The notes below the pieces were generated by a model. The model had not been told where the DNA came from. It did no database searches and worked only from the letters and a program-made list of their open reading frames with translations. From positions 1 to 64,000 of the forward strand of contig JBDIWC010000019.1 in the NCBI GenBank assembly GCA_039794085.1: a stretch of DNA of 64,000 nucleotides, in the 5' to 3' direction. Both the position numbers and the translations under genes were made by a program. Each line of letters opens with the position of its first letter. The stretch's first letter is position 1. The stretch comes from Gemmatimonadales bacterium. GTDB taxonomy: Bacteria > Gemmatimonadota > Gemmatimonadetes > Gemmatimonadales > GWC2-71-9. This document shows positions 58,880 to 64,000 of the stretch, one piece after another.

Positions 58880-60457
58880 ATGACCAGAACCCTGCTCTGT
58901 GCCATCTCTCTGGCCGGACTGGTTCCGTCGGCCACCGCCCAGACTGTCAACCCGCCCCGTCTGGTAGTGGCCATCACCGTGGACCAGCTGATTCCCGAGT
59001 ACCTTTCCCGCTTCGGGCCACAACTCGAGGGCGGCCTCGCGCGGATCGTCAGGAACGGTGTGTACTATCCCCACGGCCTGCAGGATCATGCCGTCACCGA
59101 GACCGCACCAGGCCATTCGACCATCCTTTCGGGGCGATCGCCCGCCTCGACCGGCATCACCGCCAATAATCGCGGCGTGCCCGATCCCGGTGCTCCTCTG
59201 GTCGGAGCCTCAGATGCCGGCGCCTCGCCAGCCCGATTCCGGGGCACCACTCTGGCGGATTGGATGCTCGCCGCTGATCCTCAGCTCCAGGTGCTCTCCG
59301 TCTCCCGAAAGGATCGGGGCGCGATCCTGCCGATCGGGCGGATGGTGGCGCCCGTGTTCTGGTATGCCCCATCAACCGGGACCTTTACCACCAGCACCTG
59401 GTACACTTCTGAGCTTCCCGGGTGGCTGACGGATTGGAATGGTCGCGGCGGGGTCGCCCGGCTCGGGGGACACACCTGGAACCTCCTGTTGCCCGAATCG
59501 GCGTATCCCGAGCCGGACTTCACGGAGTGGGAGCGGGCTGGCCGCGGCAATACTTTCCCCTATCAGCTTCCCAGTGATCCAAGCGCGAGGCTCTTTGCCG
59601 GGGTCCAGACGGTGCCGTGGATGGACTCGCTCACGCTGGATTTGGCGCTGGAAGGGGTGCGTCAAATGCGAATGGGCCGACGCTCCCGTCCCGACCTCCT
59701 GGCGGTCTCCCTTTCCACCACCGATGCGGTGGGCCATGCCTGGGGACCGGAGTCCCGCGAGATCCATGACCAGATACTCCGGCTCGACCGCTGGCTGGGG
59801 TGGTTTCTGGATTCGCTGGAGACCGCGGTCGGCCGGGGACGGCTGCTCGTGACACTGACCTCCGACCACGGCGTGCAGCCCTATCCGGAGGGCGTGGCCG
59901 CGGCCGGTCGTCCTGCGGGCCGGGTTTCTCTGGGGCGGATCATCGCCGAAGTCGATTCGGTTCTGTGGGCCCGCTACCGGGTGGACTTTGACCTCTTCAC
60001 GGACAGTGGGCTCCTCTCCGCAAACCTCGCCGAGCTGCGCGCCCGGGGCATCGATACCGACAGCCTGAGCGACGCGGTGGCGGAGCGGATACAAGCGCTC
60101 CCGGGGGTCCGCCGCGTCTTTACCCCGCGCACTCTGCCAGCGGCCGACCCGGCGGATGCGGAGGCCGGTTTCTGGCGCCGATTGATACCGGTGGGATTCG
60201 AGTGGGTGGCGGCTGGATCCCTCGAGCCGAACTTCATGTGGAACTCGCTCTCCAGCATGACCACCCACGGCACGACCAACCTCGCCGACCGCACCGTGCC
60301 GATCGCCTTCATGGGCGCGGGAATCGCCGCCCGGGTGGTGGATCGAGCAGTCCGCACGATCGATATTGGTCCGACCTTGGCCTCCCTTCTGGGAGTGCGG
60401 CCGTTGCAGGAGGTGGAAGGCGTGGTACTGGCCGAGGTGGTGGGAAACCGGAGGTAG
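58880..60457 (+). CDS. Alkaline phosphatase superfamily protein (PafA-like)
   Basis: 'ITVDQL', 'TETAPGH', 'SRKDRGAI', 'DAVGH', 'TSDHG', 'THG'. Confidence 0.92.
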   Translation: MTRTLLCAISLAGLVPSATAQTVNPPRLVVAITVDQLIPEYLSRFGPQLEGGLARIVRNGVYYPHGLQDHAVTETAPGHSTILSGRSPASTGITANNRGVPDPGAPLVGASDAGASPARFRGTTLADWMLAADPQLQVLSVSRKDRGAILPIGRMVAPVFWYAPSTGTFTTSTWYTSELPGWLTDWNGRGGVARLGGHTWNLLLPESAYPEPDFTEWERAGRGNTFPYQLPSDPSARLFAGVQTVPWMDSLTLDLALEGVRQMRMGRRSRPDLLAVSLSTTDAVGHAWGPESREIHDQILRLDRWLGWFLDSLETAVGRGRLLVTLTSDHGVQPYPEGVAAAGRPAGRVSLGRIIAEVDSVLWARYRVDFDLFTDSGLLSANLAELRARGIDTDSLSDAVAERIQALPGVRRVFTPRTLPAADPADAEAGFWRRLIPVGFEWVAAGSLEPNFMWNSLSSMTTHGTTNLADRTVPIAFMGAGIAARVVDRAVRTIDIGPTLASLLGVRPLQEVEGVVLAEVVGNRR

Positions 60458-60533
60458 TTGGGAAGTAAAGTCCCCTGGCACTCCTGGTTGACCTGGGTGT
60501 GGCCGGGAGAGGTACCCGCCCGACTCTCCGCGA

Positions 60534-61190
60534 TCAGCCCGAAGTCCCGGACCCCCGCTCCTCCCCATCCCGACGCAGCCGGAACCGGGGTCTCTCGGCC
60601 CGGTCACCATCCTGCCGATCCCGAAGCCGGGCGCCACCAGGTCCGAATCCCCTGCCGGGGCCTCCTCTCCCTTGTCCAGGCCCGAACGACCGGTTCCCGA
60701 ATCCTCCTCGCCCCGGTCCAAACCCGCGACCCTGTCCCTGCCCTCCGCGGAACCCCCGCTGCCCCTGCCTCTGCCGAAACTCCTGCCGCCGCAGCGTTTG
60801 GAGCTTCTCGCGCTGGACCTCGTTCAGCACCGCCGACACCCGGTCGGTTCCTTCGCTGCCGAGCCGCGCCCCCATCGCTTCCCTCCTCTTCCCCAGCTCC
60901 GCGGCGAACTGATCCCGGGTGATGTCCCCCGCCCTGAGCCGGGACTGCAGCTCCATCCGTGTCGTCATCTCCTCCTGGCGTACTCTGAGATTCTCCTGCC
61001 GGATGCGGGTCAGATCCGCGATCTGGCGATCGGTCAGCTCCAGCCGGGCCCGCATGCTCAAAACTGCCTCTGCGCTGGGCCGGAGGATGCGTTGGCGACG
61101 GGACTGGGCCGAGGACGAGTCCTGCGCAAACGCCGGAACCGTTGACGACGCAAGGAGACTCACAAGAGCGAGGTATCGAAACATGGTCAT
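60534..61190 (-). CDS. Spy/CpxP-like periplasmic protein with a Gly/Arg-rich tail
   Basis: Signal peptide; 'LELTDRQ', 'VLNEVQREKL'; GRGFGPG repeats. Confidence 0.7.
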   Translation of the reverse strand: MTMFRYLALVSLLASSTVPAFAQDSSSAQSRRQRILRPSAEAVLSMRARLELTDRQIADLTRIRQENLRVRQEEMTTRMELQSRLRAGDITRDQFAAELGKRREAMGARLGSEGTDRVSAVLNEVQREKLQTLRRQEFRQRQGQRGFRGGQGQGRGFGPGRGGFGNRSFGPGQGRGGPGRGFGPGGARLRDRQDGDRAERPRFRLRRDGEERGSGTSG

Positions 61191-61388
61191 GCTCCCTTCT
61201 CTGGTAGACCGGCAGGTGAACCCGCCAACTGCCGAACTTTCCCTTCGCAACGTGAGACGCGTTATCCTGGGCCCGCGTTAAGGCTTGGGCCTGGACCCGA
61301 CGCGGCCCGACCCTCCGGTATATTCCGAGGGTCCCCCGACCCACGGTCGTTGTTGTCTCGGCGATCGGAGCAAGGAAGTGAAGTCCCC

Positions 61389-64000
61389 ATGACCCGTCCT
61401 CGTAAAGTCGCCCTTGGCCTCGCAGCCGGCGCCGCCTTCCTCCTGGCCATTCTGGTCGTCACTCCGCTCCTCTTCAAGGACCGGATCGCCGAACGGGTCA
61501 AGTCCGCCCTCAACGCGTCGGTCAACGCCCGGGTGGAGTGGTCCGGTCTCGGCCTCACACTCTTCCGGGATTTCCCGAACCTCACCCTCCGCGTGGACCA
61601 GTTGACCGTGGCCGGGGTCGGTCCCTTCGAGGGCGACACTCTCGCCTCGATAGGCCAGTTGCGCCTGGTCTTGGACCTGCCGAGCGTGGTGGGGAACTGG
61701 AGACGGGGAGACCCGCTCCTCATCCGGGAACTGGTACTGCGGGAACCAGCGTTGCAGCTGCTTGTCCAGGAGGACGGGACCGCCAACTGGGACATCATGC
61801 GAAAGGCGGACGCAACGGTGACGGAGACCGCCTCCTCCCGTGGTGTGGCCGTGAGCCTCCGCCGGATGAGCATCCAGGACGCCTCGGTCACGCTCGACAA
61901 CCGAGCCACCGGCCTGACTGCATCGCTCTTCCGTCTCAACCAGTCCCTGAGCGGCGACTTCGCCAGCGAAAGCTTTCTGCTTCGCACCAGCGCGACAGCC
62001 GAAGAGGTTTCCCTGCGTTTCGCCGGAGTCCCGTACCTCACGCGCGTTGCCATGGACCTCACCGCCGAACTCGACGCGAACATGGCGGAGAATCAGTTCA
62101 CGTTCCGTGACAACGTCCTTCGCATCAACGACCTCGACCTTCACCTTGCCGGGTCCGTGGCACTCGCCGAGAACACCACCGTGATCAACCTGACCTTCGA
62201 AGCGCCGACCACTGATTTCCGGCACATCGTCTCCCTGGTCCCCACGATCTACGCGCAGGACTTTCAATCGCTCAAAACCACCGGAACGATGTCGGTGTCG
62301 GGCACGGTCAACGGCATGCATGGAGACGGCTCTTTCCCGGCCTTCACCCTGCGCGCCACGGTCGACAACGGCTCCTTCCAGTACCCCGACCTGCCGCTTC
62401 CGGCGCGGGACATCGGTTTCGACTTGAGTCTGGACAATCCCGGTGGCTCGCTCGACAGCACCGTGATGAATCTCAGCCGATTCCATGCACAGATCGGAAA
62501 CGATCCGATCGACCTCTCTCTCCGGCTCCGCACCCCGGTGTCGGATCCGGACATCGATGTGAGGCTGGCGGGACGGGTGGACCTCTCCGACGTCCGCCGC
62601 ACCATGAAGCTCCAGGGGGTGGACCAGCTCGCCGGTGTCATCACCGCCGATGCCGCAGTCCGGACCCGCCTCTCCGCCCTCGACCGGGCGCAGTACGACC
62701 GGGTGGACGCTCGCGGCACCGTGGACATCCGCGATCTGACCCTCCAAATGGCCAGCCTCCCCCACGCCATCGCGATCGACGAAACCCGGCTGCGGCTCAC
62801 CCCCCGCTTGACGGAACTCACCTCCTTCCGCGGGCGCATCGGCGGAAGCGACCTCGACATGACCGGCTCCCTCGACAACCTCCTCCGGTTTGTCATCCGG
62901 GGAGAGGAGCTCCGCGGCAACGCCACCCTTCGGAGCGCTCGCTTCGATTTGAATGAATGGCAGTCCTCCGGGTCACTCGAGATCATTCCCGTTCCCGCCA
63001 ACCTCGACCTCACGCTAGAGGCGGGCGTTGCCCAGCTCGCCTGGGCCGATCTGAACCTGACCGATGTCGGGGGGACCGTCCGGGTGAAGGACCAGCGGGT
63101 GACCCTGGAGAATCTGCGGATGAAGGGCTTGGGCGGCACCCTGGGGATGAGCGGATACTACGAAACGACCGACCCCAGGCGGCCGGAGTTCGATGCCACC
63201 CTCGAGTTGACCAACCTCGAGATCCCCGCGTCCTTCTCCGCCCTCACCGCCATTCAGCGATTTGCGCCGGTGGCGGGTTTTGCCCGCGGCACTTTCTCCG
63301 TACAGATGGGGCTCAAGGGCGCGCTCGGAGAACGGATGATGCCGGTCTTCAGCGCCCTCAGCGGCCAGGGGTCCCTCCAGACCTCACAGCTCGCCCTGGA
63401 GGGGTTTCCTCCCCTGGACCGGATGGCCGGACTGCTCAAGCTCCCCCAGTTCACCAATCCGACCTTCCGGGCGATTCGCTCCACCTTCGCCATCCGTGAC
63501 GGTCGGCTCCATGTCCAGCCGTTCGACCTCCAACTCGGCGACTTCCAGCTCACCGTGTCGGGCTCGAACGGAATCGACCAGTCGCTTCAGTATGCCCTGC
63601 GACTCCAAGGGCCGAGCGCCCTCCTCGGAGCGGAAGCGAGCCGGGCCATCACGGGGCTGGTGACTCAAGCGGGAAGGACCGGCTTCGATCTCGGTGCCGT
63701 CGACGTCCTCAGTCTCGGCCTGCAGCTCGGCGGCACCATCACCAATCCCTCGCTGGGCATCGATGCCGGCAATCCCGTGGGCAGTGTGGCCGGGGCGATC
63801 CGCCAGCAGGCGGGGCAGAAGGCAGAGTCGCTGGGTCAACAGGTCGATTCCGCCGCGGATGCCGCCCGTCAGCGCGCGCAGGCAGAGGCCGACAGCCTCA
63901 TCGCCGAGGCGGGACGGCGGGCGGAGGCGATTCGGGAGGAGGCACGGCGGGTGGCGGACCAGGTGCGAGCCGAGGCCAACTCCAGGGCCGATTCCCTGGT
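61389..64000 (+). CDS. AsmA family protein; 3' end lies beyond the window and it is absent from the ORF track
   Basis: MTRPRKVALG..TM anchor..'PLLFKDRI', 'LFRDFPNLTL', 'DGTANWDI', 'GSFQYPDLP', 'GSNGIDQSL'; no stop seen before the window end. Confidence 0.88.
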   Translation, partial: MTRPRKVALGLAAGAAFLLAILVVTPLLFKDRIAERVKSALNASVNARVEWSGLGLTLFRDFPNLTLRVDQLTVAGVGPFEGDTLASIGQLRLVLDLPSVVGNWRRGDPLLIRELVLREPALQLLVQEDGTANWDIMRKADATVTETASSRGVAVSLRRMSIQDASVTLDNRATGLTASLFRLNQSLSGDFASESFLLRTSATAEEVSLRFAGVPYLTRVAMDLTAELDANMAENQFTFRDNVLRINDLDLHLAGSVALAENTTVINLTFEAPTTDFRHIVSLVPTIYAQDFQSLKTTGTMSVSGTVNGMHGDGSFPAFTLRATVDNGSFQYPDLPLPARDIGFDLSLDNPGGSLDSTVMNLSRFHAQIGNDPIDLSLRLRTPVSDPDIDVRLAGRVDLSDVRRTMKLQGVDQLAGVITADAAVRTRLSALDRAQYDRVDARGTVDIRDLTLQMASLPHAIAIDETRLRLTPRLTELTSFRGRIGGSDLDMTGSLDNLLRFVIRGEELRGNATLRSARFDLNEWQSSGSLEIIPVPANLDLTLEAGVAQLAWADLNLTDVGGTVRVKDQRVTLENLRMKGLGGTLGMSGYYETTDPRRPEFDATLELTNLEIPASFSALTAIQRFAPVAGFARGTFSVQMGLKGALGERMMPVFSALSGQGSLQTSQLALEGFPPLDRMAGLLKLPQFTNPTFRAIRSTFAIRDGRLHVQPFDLQLGDFQLTVSGSNGIDQSLQYALRLQGPSALLGAEASRAITGLVTQAGRTGFDLGAVDVLSLGLQLGGTITNPSLGIDAGNPVGSVAGAIRQQAGQKAESLGQQVDSAADAARQRAQAEADSLIAEAGRRAEAIREEARRVADQVRAEANSRADSL

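Noticed and set aside
1..64000. tRNA, rRNA or riboswitch (including SAM/SAH riboswitches upstream of ahcY)
   Set aside because: None recognised by eye, and the sahR-like gene appears leaderless; an Infernal/tRNAscan run would be needed to exclude them formally.

Overview
GC-rich bacterial chromosomal window. Its gene content (ADOP permease+PadR, M56/BlaI, DUF5916, AsmA, many leaderless promoters) suggests Gemmatimonadota; this is an inference. About 55 CDSs can be supported, including sahR-like/ahcY, psuG, a CarH-like B12 photoreceptor with a clear operator, an acyl-CoA ligase and an AsmA gene missing from the ORF track. Three features stand out. (1) A 29-38 kb defence/toxin-antitoxin (TA) island in which five decayed copies of what looks like the 3' end of a type I restriction hsdR gene each precede a different TA or nuclease cargo. 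The array is bracketed by a duplicated 37-bp piece of the tautomerase gene and followed by Fic, an AAA ATPase and a 10-codon hsdR 5' stub. (2) A complete group II intron (9729-11683, minus strand) inserted precisely into an 8-bp-periodic dispersed repeat that has at least 10 empty copies in this window. (3) Intergenic DNA built from a small set of reusable, nested repeat modules: REP-like hairpins, heptamer tracts and long inverted-repeat shells. All family assignments come from motif recognition by eye; no database searches were run.
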